A stretch of DNA of 64,000 nucleotides from Schmidtea polychroa (taxonomy: Eukaryota): contig CM097887.1 of NCBI GenBank assembly GCA_044892525.1, positions 49,166,001 through 49,230,000 on the forward strand, in the 5' to 3' direction. Both the position numbers and the translations under genes were made by a program. Position 1 is the first letter of the stretch. Each line of letters opens with the position of its first letter. Below the pieces are notes generated by a model. It was given only the letters and a program-made list of their open reading frames with translations, was not told the origin of the DNA and made no database searches. Below are positions 38,798 to 50,024 of the stretch, piece by piece.

Positions 38798-40186
38798 TTA
38801 CTCCGTTCTACCCTTCCCTTCCCTTCTCACTGTCATTTTTATATATATTGTGTCGTTTTTTGTCATCTCTTCCATCTTCTGCTGTAAGATGAACGTGGGT
38901 GCTCCTGATGCTGCTCCTTCCTCATCAGTAGGTCGTCGGTAACACAGCTGGGTTCCCGTTGTTTTGAAGCTTTGTTCGTGGATGCTTTGGTCATTCATCA
39001 TTGTGATATCGATTTTTGCCTGGAATGGCCATTCTATTACCTCGTCATATTCCCCTTTACATAATAGGAAAAATATTGAAAAATGTGTATTCAATCCGGC
39101 TCCATCTCCGTTGGGATATATCCTCATTTTCATCTTGTACCCATTTTTCCAAGAATGGAATGCAGGACTTGTTATTCTTGTCTCTTCCCCAGTTTTGGCT
39201 TTCCGTATTCTTTCTTTCACTCCCGTTATCTTCCATATATAAGGTGCTGTTGGGGTTATCTCATTTAGATTTATTTCCTGTATTTTCCGATGTAGCTCCT
39301 TGGCCTGATTATTACTGATTTCTATACGATTTATTTGCATCTTTATGTTAGCTCGGGCTTCTTCGAACGCTTCTCTTTCTTATAGTAGTTCTTTGACTAA
39401 CGCTTTCAACGATGTTATTTCTATCTCCATTTGTTTTACTTTCTCTTCACTTTCTTGTAACGCAGTCGACCACATTTCTGCGTGGGTTGAAGCATTTTCT
39501 ACTAAATGATGTGGTAATTCTCCTCGGTGTAGTAGTTTCTGACAGCCCCATTTTCCGAGTACACATGTCATTCTTTTCCTTTCGCATTCCTTTAGGTGTT
39601 GGGCTATTTTTATTGTTCTCCCTTCCTCGCATCAGTTCGGGCATTCCCCACTGAACTCCGCGCATACCTTTTCCTCTTGGACATTGTGATGTTTGCTGGT
39701 GAGATTTTTCCACGTATCTATTTCTCCACAATGTTTGCATCTTTCTAGTCTCTCTTCACACTGGCTTTGATGCTCTTTTTCTTCGCTTGCTCGAATGGTT
39801 TTATGGCACCTTTCACACTGGCTGATTCTGTACATACATTCCCCCATATGTTGCACTACTTTCCATATTACTCCCTTCCATTCGCATGGGGTATTTTTAC
39901 ATCCCAGATTGGTGTTTACCATGTCTTTCACTGCGGCTTTATCCTCGTTAGTGTCTTCTAAACTCGATATTAGTGTCTCTTTACACACCGGGCACCACTG
40001 TGGTCTATTCTTTATTGCTTCACTGATACATTCCTTACATAATCTGCATCCACATTGGGTTTGGTGAGGTTCCTTTAACAACTTTTCACATATTCCGCAC
40101 ATAACATGTTTGTGTATTCTGATCGTTGTAGATTTTCGGACTTGTTCGACAATCTCTCTGAACTCTTCTCTTTGTCGTTTATCCAT
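38798..40186 (-). pseudogene. Accessory ORF-B: intronless full-length TRAF (RING, TRAF zinc fingers, coiled coil, MATH), 462 codons, two in-frame stops
   Basis: RING CGICEKLLKEPHQTQCGCRLCKECI...CPVC; zinc fingers CKNTPCEWKG...HMGEC and CPN*C...HLKEC; MATH YIWKI...SPAFHS...GYKMKMRIYPNGDGAG...HFSIFF...GEYDEVIEWPF. The track ORFs starting at 40186, 39571 and 39340 share one frame, broken by TGA 39632-39634 and TAA 39380-39382. Confidence 0.92.
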
Positions 40187-40271
40187 TCTATAATTATATA
40201 TACATATAGTTCTTATCGATACAGGTTCGATATTTTATTTACAATTATTTACATTTTAAGCTAGGTTTGGT

Positions 40272-40631
40272 TTATGGTTCGGAAGAGTCGGCTTCGTGTC
40301 CGCCCTCCTCTCTATTCATTAGCCATTCTGACCAGTCTTCTATTTCTGTCTGTTCTGCTTCCTCCATCATTCTGTCCAATTCGATTTCCTGTCTTCGGCT
40401 ATATTGGGTTATCCTCTCTATTTCTCTTTGCATTTGTTCGATTTTTAACCTCTGGTCTTCAATTATCTTCAAATAACTAAATCCTCTGTTCATACTCTCG
40501 ATTAGGTTCTTTTGCATCGTCAATCCTTGTTCTTGCAAATTAGACACTAATTGTGCTAATACGGCACATTGTTGCTTCCATAATTCTTCGGTTACTGTGT
40601 TGTGGTTCATTTCGTTATTTCCTTGCTCCAT
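40272..40631 (-). CDS. Accessory ORF-A: small acidic coiled-coil protein (~119 aa)
   Basis: Intact frame with heptads LKIEQMQREIERI...IELDRMMEE. Confidence 0.55.
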   Translation of the reverse strand: MEQGNNEMNHNTVTEELWKQQCAVLAQLVSNLQEQGLTMQKNLIESMNRGFSYLKIIEDQRLKIEQMQREIERITQYSRRQEIELDRMMEEAEQTEIEDWSEWLMNREEGGHEADSSEP

Positions 40632-40791
40632 TCTTAATTTATATACACTTTTCAACTCTTATCTAAATTTAATTTTATTTTATGATTCCCGTTATTGTAT
40701 AATATTGATACCGCGCTTATATAACGATATAGTACTGTTATATACATAAGATATACTTACTTTTTACAATTATATACAGTCATATTCCTTT

Positions 40792-43700
40792 CTATATACG
40801 GGGTTTTGGAGGGCGCTGGGCGTTCCAGGCCTCCACCCACTGTTCTTGTTTGACATCACTTGGTCGTTTCACTCGATGTTGGAAATTTCTGATTCGGGTC
40901 ATCTCTAGTTCTCCGCGATGTCGTTTATCTTTAATTATTTTTATTGTTCCCCCCGTTATGATTAGGAATGCCCCTGTTATTATTATCCCACTGATCCACA
41001 TCATCTGCTTTACGCTTATACTCTCTGGTTTTTCCTTGTTTATTAATGTTGATATCGCTTCTGTACTTTTCTCGTTTCCTCTTTTGCCATTTCCTTTCAT
41101 CATCTCTCGTATTCTTGCTATTTCCTCGTTCATACCCTCCTTTGCCATCTTTTGTATTTTTTCCATCTCTTCCTCCGAAACATAGTTGTCCTGAGCTTCC
41201 TCGCCGGTTTTCTTGTGCTTTCCTCCTTCGTCTTTTTCGTCGTTGTTTTTTCTTTTCTTCCCTCTTTTCCCCGGGTATCGTCGACATTCCCTTTTTGATT
41301 CGTTCCTCCAGATACAAACTGTGTATTCCTTTGGGGGCTGCTGCTGCGTCACATATTGATGGCATCTCTCACCTGGTCCTAATCTTGAAATACAGACTTT
41401 GTGTTCTTTTCTTGGTTGAAGTGGCGTTATTACTACTTCACCTCCTTTTCCTAGGTGCACCTCTTTTCCCTTCACGTTCGTTATTCTTTTCCCGTCTCGA
41501 TTTCGGTATGCTTCTTGTATTCTTACCTCTGTTATTGGTTCTGTGTCCTCATTTATCAGTACTAATCTCTGATACGCTCTAGACATACATCTTCCTAGTA
41601 TGCACCTTTCCTTTAGGCCCCATTCTTCCTTTAAGTCCCACTGCTGTTCTTGTGCTTGCTTTTTCTTTTCTTGTTTTAGTTCTTCCTCTTTGCTATCTTG
41701 ATTCTCCGCTTCTTTGGTTTCTTTTATCGTTCTCGTCCCTCCATGAGCTGTTACTAACTCTATCAAGGTTAGCATGATTATCATTAAGATCATATTTGTT
41801 TCCATTTCTTTGTTAGTGAAAGGTAGGCATACCCTCTGTTTTCCATTATTCGGTTTTTCCTCCTCTTTGGTCTTGGTTCCCGGGCTGTTTCCCTCTCTTC
41901 TTGTACCCGAATCCTTGTTTTCCGGTTTATCCTCTTCCGGTTCTCTTTTCCCTTTATCCTCCTTTCGGCCTTTTCCGTCATTGTCATCGTGTTTATCTCC
42001 CCCGCTGTTGTTTAAAATGTCGTCCTCGACATTTATATCGTTCAGTAATCTGCGATATGCTGTTAACACTCTGTTCCTTGCTAACTTTGCTTCGAATTCA
42101 AACTCTTTTCTACCCGTTGCAGCATGTCTCTTTCTATTCCATTCTTTGACTAATTCTCTCAATTGAATACGACGATGTTTTCCAATTCGTTGTTGCTCGT
42201 TTTGATTTTGCGTGAATTTGAGGTCTTCTCTATTTAATACTATTAAGATAATTTTAGGCGTCCCCCCTTTAGTTAGGGTATTCTTTACCATCGCGTTTTC
42301 TCCGTTTTCGTAAAATTCGTTTATATTTATCGCATATTTATTATTTTGTGGTACTCTCCATGTCAATAATAATTTCATTGCTTCTAGATTTTTCCGTACC
42401 GTATTCCACTGAAATTGTGATGTGTTTTTGCATATATTTTCAACTTCCTCTTTTGTCGCATTTTTGCAAATAAATCTGATCATTTCCAAGTTTGGCTGTA
42501 TGGTTGCCCAGTCCAATGTGGAGTTCCCTTCGTTTGATTTTTCGTCTAGTCTCGATCCTGATTGATGTAGGATGTGGAGTGTTTTTGGGTGTATTTTCGT
42601 TATAGCTGCATACATCATGGCGGTTTCGCCTTGTTCATTTTTCGTGTTGGTTTCCTCGCCCATATCTCTAAGGATTCTCATGATCGTTATTGCTCTATTT
42701 TCTTTCGCTGCTAGTATTGCTTGTTGTAGTGGTGTTCTGGAATCCTTCGTTACCATCGTAAATGCTCGGGGCAAGAAGGTTTTAATTTTACCGATGTCCA
42801 AATTCGTTGTTTGATCTCTTGCATATGTATGCACGGTTTTTATTATTTCTGATAATATTATTTCATCTGGTAGCTCTAGCATTTCCTCAAAGAACACTTC
42901 TTTCGCTTTGCATATTATTGCTCTTTGATCTATATTCATTGATTTTGTTTCGATGAAGTTATTTGCGATTTTATGGTTCGTTTGCGCCATTGGTTCTCTT
43001 GATGTCTCATGCCTTATTTTCATTTTCTTTCCGGTTGGATTATTGATTCGTTCCTCTGCGGTAAGTATTTGAATAATATCTAGATAATTCTCGCGGATGT
43101 TGTTCATCGTGTCCATCATGTATAATACACTTACCGTTTCCCAATGTTTATTTCGTACCTGAGTGATGAATTGGAATATTGATTTTTCGAATGTGTCAAT
43201 TCGCTTTTTTAATAACTGCTCATCCTTATGATTTGTGAATGTTATTCCTCGTTCTAGTAATTGATTCGGGATTTCGAATAAATGATGTCCTCTCATAGCT
43301 TCTCTCATCAGTGTGTTTTCTCCTCTCGTGAATGCTTCGTTTACGTTGATCATATAATTATTTTTAATTGGGTTTCTCCAAGTGATTAATACTCCGGTAA
43401 TTGTTGTCAGTTTCTCTTTGATCGCTGTTAATAATCCCTCATACATGTTTCCGACTTCTCGATTGTCCTCGTATGATAGTAGCTCCATCAACGACGTAAA
43501 CGCTTCGGTACTTTTCCCTTCGATAGCATGATGTAGTGCGTTTTTCCGATCGTGGTCTTGTGTAGTTATTTTTGATCCTGTATCAAGTAATGCGGTTATT
43601 ATGTCTTTTGTTTTGCCTCTGTTTGCTGCTATCATTAATGGTGTGTAACCTTGGTTATTTTCTTGTTCTGTTGATCGCTTGCAGTCGTGAAATGCTTCTA

Positions 43701-44960
43701 TTGTTTCTAGTATTTGCTCATTGTTACCTACTTTCATGAGTTTGTGTAATGGTGTGTCTCCATAATGATCTGTTATTGTAAATAATATTGGCCATTGACT
43801 TTTAACTACTCGTAATAACGGATGTGTTCTCTCTCTGTTTGCATAGTTTTCGATCATCGTCAATAATCCTCCTAATATTTCGAAATCTAATCGATCTTTT
43901 GCCCATCCGGGTAATTTTATCTTTACCTCTCGTACGATTTTTTCAGCTTCCGATGGTTGTATGCCCAATCGTCCAGTGGTAGGTTCTGCGAGTTGTTGCA
44001 TCATGTTCATTCTGTAGGTTTGCGAACGTGTGGTTAATGTACGGCCTTCTGGTTGACTGGTGGCTGTTTTTGGAATTGATTTGCATCGTGCCACGTTTAC
44101 GTATATTGGCCTGGTGAATGGATTATTTACCAATTTCACTCTTACATTGGTTTCGCCTACGAACAAGATCTCATATGGCCCTTTTCCGTTCCATTGTAAC
44201 TTTCTTGTGGTTCCGGGAATTAATTCTGGGGTCTCGATCATCACCCAATCGCCTGTTCGAAACGTATGTTGCTTCACGTTTTTCTTTCGATCGTGTAAAT
44301 CTTTATAACTTTCCTGGTAGAACTTGATATTTAATCCCGCAGTTTCCCAAATCTCCTGCATTCTTTCTTTGAATTTCGTAACATAATCATCTATCTCCAT
44401 GTATTGCGATATCGGTGGTTGGTATTCCAGGTCCATTGGCATGTTGCATTCTCTTCCGTACATTAATTTAAATGGGCTCATTTTTGTTGATGCGTGAATC
44501 GACATTCCGTAAGCCATAAGACATAGATTTATGTATTCATCCCAATCTCGTTGGTGGCGATCGACGTAGTTTGATAACATTTGTATGAGTGTTCCATTAA
44601 ATCTTTCCGTCATCCCATTGGTTTGAGGGTGATATGGGGATGTTCTTAGTTTTGCGATTTTGAAATAGTTTGTTACTTCGCTCATTATCTCACTCATGAA
44701 ATTAGTTCCTTGATCAGTTAGTATTTGTTTCGGTGTTCCATAACGGCAACATATCTCTTCTACCAGTATCTTTGCAATTGTTTTGGCTTTTTGGTCTGGC
44801 ATCGCGAATGCTTCTGGGAATTTCGTGAGAAAGTCGGTAATCACTAAAATATAAACATTTCCTTTATCCGATTCTGGTAATGGACCAACTACATCCATTG
44901 ATATCATCGTCATCGGCTCTATTGGTACTGGCATTGGCGTTTCGATCCAGTGTTTTTCCT
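40792..44960 (-). CDS. Polyprotein C-terminal part: integrase core + GPY, two ankyrin clusters, internal signal peptide, small ectodomain, transmembrane anchor
   Basis: ISMDVVGPLP / ILTDQG / GMTERFNG (D-D35-E) and GKGPY. ANK motifs GDTPLH, GYTPLMIAA, RKNALHHA, SRTPLQ and GETAMMYAA. Hydrophobic MILMIIMLTLIELVTA (~41750-41800) and MWISGIIITGAFLIITGG (~40950-41005). Confidence 0.9.
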
Positions 44961-47900
44961 TGTTGCACAGGTTAGGCAGTTTTTCACCCATTCGGTTACG
45001 TCTTCCGTTAGGGTTGGCCAAAAATATTTCTGTTTCATTCTTGCTAACGTCTTTTTTGATGACATATGTCCTCCCAATCTCCCATCGTGATATTGCGTTA
45101 GTAACTCTTTTCGTCGGTTTTCCGGTATACACATTAATCGTTTTTCCCCATCCATTATCAGCAACCAATCTTTCTCCATAATATATCGGTGTCGGTGTTT
45201 ATCCATATGTTCTTTTAATTTTTGATCTTTCGCATATACCTCCGTCTTTCCGGTTTTTACATAATCGATAATTTGTTTTAATTCCGCGTCCTCTTGTTGG
45301 TCCTTTCGCAATTGACAGAAATCTAAATCTTCCGCTACTATTAAGCATATGCGTTGCATTTCTGGATCTACCAAATCTGGAAAAATAAACCTTGACATAC
45401 AGTCGGCGTTTGCATTCGCTCTTCCCGCTTTGAATTTTATGAACGGTGAATACTCTTGTAGCTGCATTGCCCATCTCATTAGTCTACTGGACGCTTCTTT
45501 ATGTTGCCCTAACCACACTAATGGTTGATGATCTGTGGTTATACATATCTCATGTCCCCATAGTAAATATCGGAAGTGTTTGATAGCTTGTATTATAGCC
45601 AATGCTTCTCGTTCTGTTACCGAATAGTTCTTCTCGTGCTTTTTGAATATTCGACTGTAATACCCGATTACTCTCTCTTTTCCTTCATCGTCTAATTGTC
45701 CCAGAATCGCGCCTGCCGCGTACCCGCTTGCATCCGTCGCCAATAGAAATGGCTTCTTGAAATCTGGGTGTACGAGGATAGGTGCTTCGATTAGCTTGTC
45801 TCTCAGCGTTTCAAACGCCTCTTGTTGTTCCTTTCCCCAAATGAACGAAATATCCTTCTTTACTAATTCCTGGATTGGTTTTGCAATTCCTGCATAATTT
45901 TTGATAAATTTGCGATAGTATCCGCATAATCCTAGAAATTCCTGAACTTGGGTGACAGTTTTCGGTGCTGGACATGTTTTTATTTTCTCAATGTTTCTTG
46001 GATCTGGCTCCTTTCCTTTAGCTGACACTATGTGTCCCAAAAACGTGACTTTTTCCTTTGCCCAATCACATTTTGAGGGTTTGAGCTTGAGTTTCCATTG
46101 TCTTAATCGAATAAATACATTTCGGATATCCTCCAGATGTTGTTCGAATGTCGCTGAATAGATTAACAAATCGTCAATATATACCATACATTGTTTGATT
46201 CCATGAGTGACGAAGTTCATACACCTTTGAAATGATGCTGGTGCGTTGGTCAGTCCGAATGGCATTTTTCTGAACTGATATAGATCTCGTCCCAACGTGA
46301 AAGCCGTTTTCTCTTTGTCCTCATCTTTGACTTTGATTTGCCAGTATCCACTTTTTAAATCTAAAGAAGTAAAATATGCTGCCCCTTGCAACATGAGTAA
46401 CATTTCATTGATGTCTGGCAATGGATAGGTATCTCTCTTGGTTACTGCGTTTAATTTTCGATAATCGATACAGAATCGTTGGGTGCCATCTTTCTTTTTT
46501 ACCATGACCACTGGGAATTGCCAAGGTGAGCAACTTGGTTCGATCACTTTTGCGTCTAACATTTTTTGTACTTCTGCTTCGGCTATTTCTTTTTGCATTT
46601 CTGCTAGCTTGTATGGTCTCAATGCAATTCGGGTTTCGTCTATGAGTGGTATTGCATGTAGGGTAACATCGCATGTACCCAAATCTAGGTCCGAGATGGC
46701 GAATATATCTTTATATTCTACTAATAATCGGTGCAATTTTTTCTTTTCATCATTCGTCAACAACATACTATCTATGGTCCATAATTCATCATCTTTGATC
46801 ATCTCGTTGGTCACTTTCGGTAATTCTATGTCCATCATTGGGGTCAATCTTCCCAATTTTTCATTCTCATAGATGATTTTGTCTTCCTCTTCAAAATTTG
46901 TGATGTTGATCGGTATCACTCCTTCTGGGTTTATTGTTATTATTTCTCTGGCGAGGGGTAACTCTCGTCGTTTTTCGAATGATTTGCTTGGTTCAAAGAT
47001 AACTTCTCCTTCCATCCCCGTATCCACCTTTATCTGACAAATCATCTGTGATTTTGCTGGTACCACAATTTTCTCTGGACATCTGATTATGGCATTCATT
47101 TTGCATATTCTGCCTGTTCTGTCTTTTAGGCACATGGTTGTTAAGTCAATTACCACTTCTTTTAATAATTCTGGCATCAAATCCGTTCCGATTATGCATG
47201 GTACGCTAAGTTTTGGTATTACTGCCAAATACGTTTCAATTTCGTTGTCCTGGTATCTCAATGTAGTCCACCATCTTCCGACCACATCTACTGTTTCTTT
47301 ACTACATGCTATGATATGAATGGTTGTTGATTCGATATCCTTCCAGTACTTACTGGGAATCTGATTGATTGCTATCGCTGATACGTTAGCTCCGGTGTCT
47401 ATCATAGCATTGGTTTCCTTACCATTGATTTGAATCATAACTGTGACTGCTGGACCTCCAGGTGAATTCATTGCTGCTATTGTTCTTACGTCATCTGCTT
47501 GATCTACACTTTTGGTACGTCGCGTTGGCATATAAAGCATCCCGGGTTGACTTGGTAATTGCGGATACATATTCTGTGTCATGGTCAAAGCGGCTTGTGG
47601 TCCCACGATATCCGGTGGTATATAGCTTCCGTTGGCGATCCAGGTGTTTGTCTTTTCCTTTTCCCAATACGGTGCTGTTTCCATCGGTTTTTCGTTTGGG
47701 TTTCTGTTTGGATATAGACATTTATCGTTCCCGTTATCGTCGTCGTCACTATCGCTGTTTGATGATTGACTTCTGAATCGGTCCAAAAATTTTGGTTTAT
47801 TCTTTTTCAATTGTCGTCTTGTTGCTTCGTCGTACATTACCTTCCGGAATCGTCTGCCTACTTCTTCGTCGGTTCCTTTAATCTTTGTTAATATTTTAAT

Positions 47901-50024
47901 TAATCGTTTTATTCGATGAATGTCTTTTGAGTGACCATGTAATACCATGGTTTTAGCTAAAAATGGTAGAAAGCCTACTATCATTTTCCAGTTAACTTTC
48001 TTTTCCCGCTTGTATATATCAAAACAAGCTAACATTTGTGTTAGTATTACTCTGACGATCTGAATTATGAGTATGATCCCCAATATTCCGGCCATCATTT
48101 GTCCGAAAACTAAGAATCTTCCCCACATTGCTTTCATCATATTTGAGGTTGCTTGTTGGAAATGGTCTGGCGATAATAGCAGTTCGTAATTCGGGCCTGA
48201 TTGATAATTTGTTCCCCCAGTTATTGTAACCATATTTGACAAAATGGATTCTCGTCTGGCTGGGAAGAGTACGTTAAGTCGTGATGTTTCTAGATCTTCT
48301 GGGGAATACATACCACCGTTTGACACGTCTATAGGTTTGAAATCCAGCTCTGTGGCGAGTTCTATTAATCCAAATTTCTTGGGCTCCTCGGATATGGTTT
48401 TTCCCGGTAACATCATCCATTTCCCATCGGGTCTTTCATACAATGGTCCGTACGCATTAGAACAGTTAAAGAGATTTGGATAGAAACCCACTGGATTCAT
48501 AATTCTAGTGACTGGTTGGACGAATCGATTTTGTCCTTTATAACGGATTTCTAATTCATTTGCACATCTCTTTTCGGGTAGTATGGATTTTTCGGGCATT
48601 CGTGCATACGTCTTGGTACACTGGTAGGTGTACATCACTTCTCCTACCATTCTACCAAAATGTCCGTCTGGTAATGGGAGTGATGGCATCGTGTTATCTG
48701 GGTGCGTTATCGCAATAGCTAGCTTTGTTTTCAGTATTTCTTTATTCAATGAACAATCGTTTTGTATGAGATCGTAATATACTTTCTGTAGGGTCGTTTG
48801 TCCACGATGAAATAAAAAATCCATTTTATTATTTGCATATAAGTATAGTTTTACGTCCTCCGTTGCTATCTTTCCCACTGCTCTATCGATTATTTGTCTT
48901 GACATATAGATACCAGCGTAATTGGTTTTATATACTATACTGTCGCATTTGGTGGTTTCTTTCTCTTTGATAAATCTCATACCTAGATCTGGATCGTCGG
49001 TAATTAATGCTGTTGGTGTTTTCTGCGTCGAGAGTCTTTTTTCTCTGGGAGATGGTGGCATTGGTTTTCCATTTCGCATTCTCACTCTTTCGTTTCCATC
49101 TTCGTCGTTTTCGTTCTCATAAATTTCTCCCTTTACTTCATTGAACAAAGCACTTTTTAACAGTTGGAGTCGGCATTTTTGCGTGTTAGCTTCATAGATT
49201 ATAGTTGATACTCCTGTCCTGCATACGTTTTCTGTAGCTCTACATGCTGGGTTGGTCTTCATTTGATAATTATTTGCGTCAAATTGTGCTTCGTATTCTT
49301 TTAATTCGACCGTATAAGACTCGATCACTACTACTCCCGATATTACCTCGCCTCGGATCGTATACGTACCTCCGTTACATGACCCATCTGATGACTTTAC
49401 TTTTCCGGATACGTAAACACTTTCGGTTTTAATCATTCCAGTTTGTCCGTGTATCGTCACTCCGTTATGCATTTTTAGAGCTCCGGTTCTAAATAGCTCT
49501 TTACAGTCTTCTCTTTGTATTTGTACGATTTCTTTATCTAGACCGGGTAGTATGAGGGTTGAATACGAATATTGTCCGCAATAATACGCGAGTACCTTTT
49601 TTGATACAACGCATTCTCTTGCTTGCGTTCTGATGAAATCTGATTCTTGATATACATGGTAGGTAACTTTTGTTTTTACTATGTCCAATCTGTTGGGTGA
49701 TGCTTGCCTGCATTCTTCTATATCTCTCAATGAGTATTTATCTCTCATTATCATATTATCACAATCGTAGATGGTAAAACCCGTTGCTCCACTTGTGCAC
49801 AACATCCATATCATCATAGTCATCATTAACGAATTTATCGATGCTTTTCGGCTTGCTGGGTCTTTCATGGGTAGTTCCCATTCTAGTTCATTTAACAGCT
49901 TTTTCAATCTAACTTGCATCGACCTTTCTTGCTCATTTTTTCGTGGCGCTTGTATAAGTCTTTTCCATCCTCCGGCACTGATAATATGGGGTTCAATAGT
50001 GTCTTCTATGATTGACACGGTCAT
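44919..50024 (-). CDS. Polyprotein: envelope glycoprotein (48020-49840) fused in frame to protease, RT, RNase H and the integrase zinc finger
   Basis: A single 1701-aa open frame. Signal-like LMMTMMIWMLCTSGATG, Cys-rich ectodomain and TM FLVFGQMMAGILGIILIIQIV, then MIDTGA (47399-47391), YIDD (46181-46170), ATDASG and H-x6-H...C-x2-C. A -1 shift near 44955 leads into the integrase core. Confidence 0.93.
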   Translation of the reverse strand: MTVSIIEDTIEPHIISAGGWKRLIQAPRKNEQERSMQVRLKKLLNELEWELPMKDPASRKASINSLMMTMMIWMLCTSGATGFTIYDCDNMIMRDKYSLRDIEECRQASPNRLDIVKTKVTYHVYQESDFIRTQARECVVSKKVLAYYCGQYSYSTLILPGLDKEIVQIQREDCKELFRTGALKMHNGVTIHGQTGMIKTESVYVSGKVKSSDGSCNGGTYTIRGEVISGVVVIESYTVELKEYEAQFDANNYQMKTNPACRATENVCRTGVSTIIYEANTQKCRLQLLKSALFNEVKGEIYENENDEDGNERVRMRNGKPMPPSPREKRLSTQKTPTALITDDPDLGMRFIKEKETTKCDSIVYKTNYAGIYMSRQIIDRAVGKIATEDVKLYLYANNKMDFLFHRGQTTLQKVYYDLIQNDCSLNKEILKTKLAIAITHPDNTMPSLPLPDGHFGRMVGEVMYTYQCTKTYARMPEKSILPEKRCANELEIRYKGQNRFVQPVTRIMNPVGFYPNLFNCSNAYGPLYERPDGKWMMLPGKTISEEPKKFGLIELATELDFKPIDVSNGGMYSPEDLETSRLNVLFPARRESILSNMVTITGGTNYQSGPNYELLLSPDHFQQATSNMMKAMWGRFLVFGQMMAGILGIILIIQIVRVILTQMLACFDIYKREKKVNWKMIVGFLPFLAKTMVLHGHSKDIHRIKRLIKILTKIKGTDEEVGRRFRKVMYDEATRRQLKKNKPKFLDRFRSQSSNSDSDDDDNGNDKCLYPNRNPNEKPMETAPYWEKEKTNTWIANGSYIPPDIVGPQAALTMTQNMYPQLPSQPGMLYMPTRRTKSVDQADDVRTIAAMNSPGGPAVTVMIQINGKETNAMIDTGANVSAIAINQIPSKYWKDIESTTIHIIACSKETVDVVGRWWTTLRYQDNEIETYLAVIPKLSVPCIIGTDLMPELLKEVVIDLTTMCLKDRTGRICKMNAIIRCPEKIVVPAKSQMICQIKVDTGMEGEVIFEPSKSFEKRRELPLAREIITINPEGVIPINITNFEEEDKIIYENEKLGRLTPMMDIELPKVTNEMIKDDELWTIDSMLLTNDEKKKLHRLLVEYKDIFAISDLDLGTCDVTLHAIPLIDETRIALRPYKLAEMQKEIAEAEVQKMLDAKVIEPSCSPWQFPVVMVKKKDGTQRFCIDYRKLNAVTKRDTYPLPDINEMLLMLQGAAYFTSLDLKSGYWQIKVKDEDKEKTAFTLGRDLYQFRKMPFGLTNAPASFQRCMNFVTHGIKQCMVYIDDLLIYSATFEQHLEDIRNVFIRLRQWKLKLKPSKCDWAKEKVTFLGHIVSAKGKEPDPRNIEKIKTCPAPKTVTQVQEFLGLCGYYRKFIKNYAGIAKPIQELVKKDISFIWGKEQQEAFETLRDKLIEAPILVHPDFKKPFLLATDASGYAAGAILGQLDDEGKERVIGYYSRIFKKHEKNYSVTEREALAIIQAIKHFRYLLWGHEICITTDHQPLVWLGQHKEASSRLMRWAMQLQEYSPFIKFKAGRANANADCMSRFIFPDLVDPEMQRICLIVAEDLDFCQLRKDQQEDAELKQIIDYVKTGKTEVYAKDQKLKEHMDKHRHRYIMEKDWLLIMDGEKRLMCIPENRRKELLTQYHDGRLGGHMSSKKTLARMKQKYFWPTLTEDVTEWVKNCLTCATRKNTGSKRQCQYQ

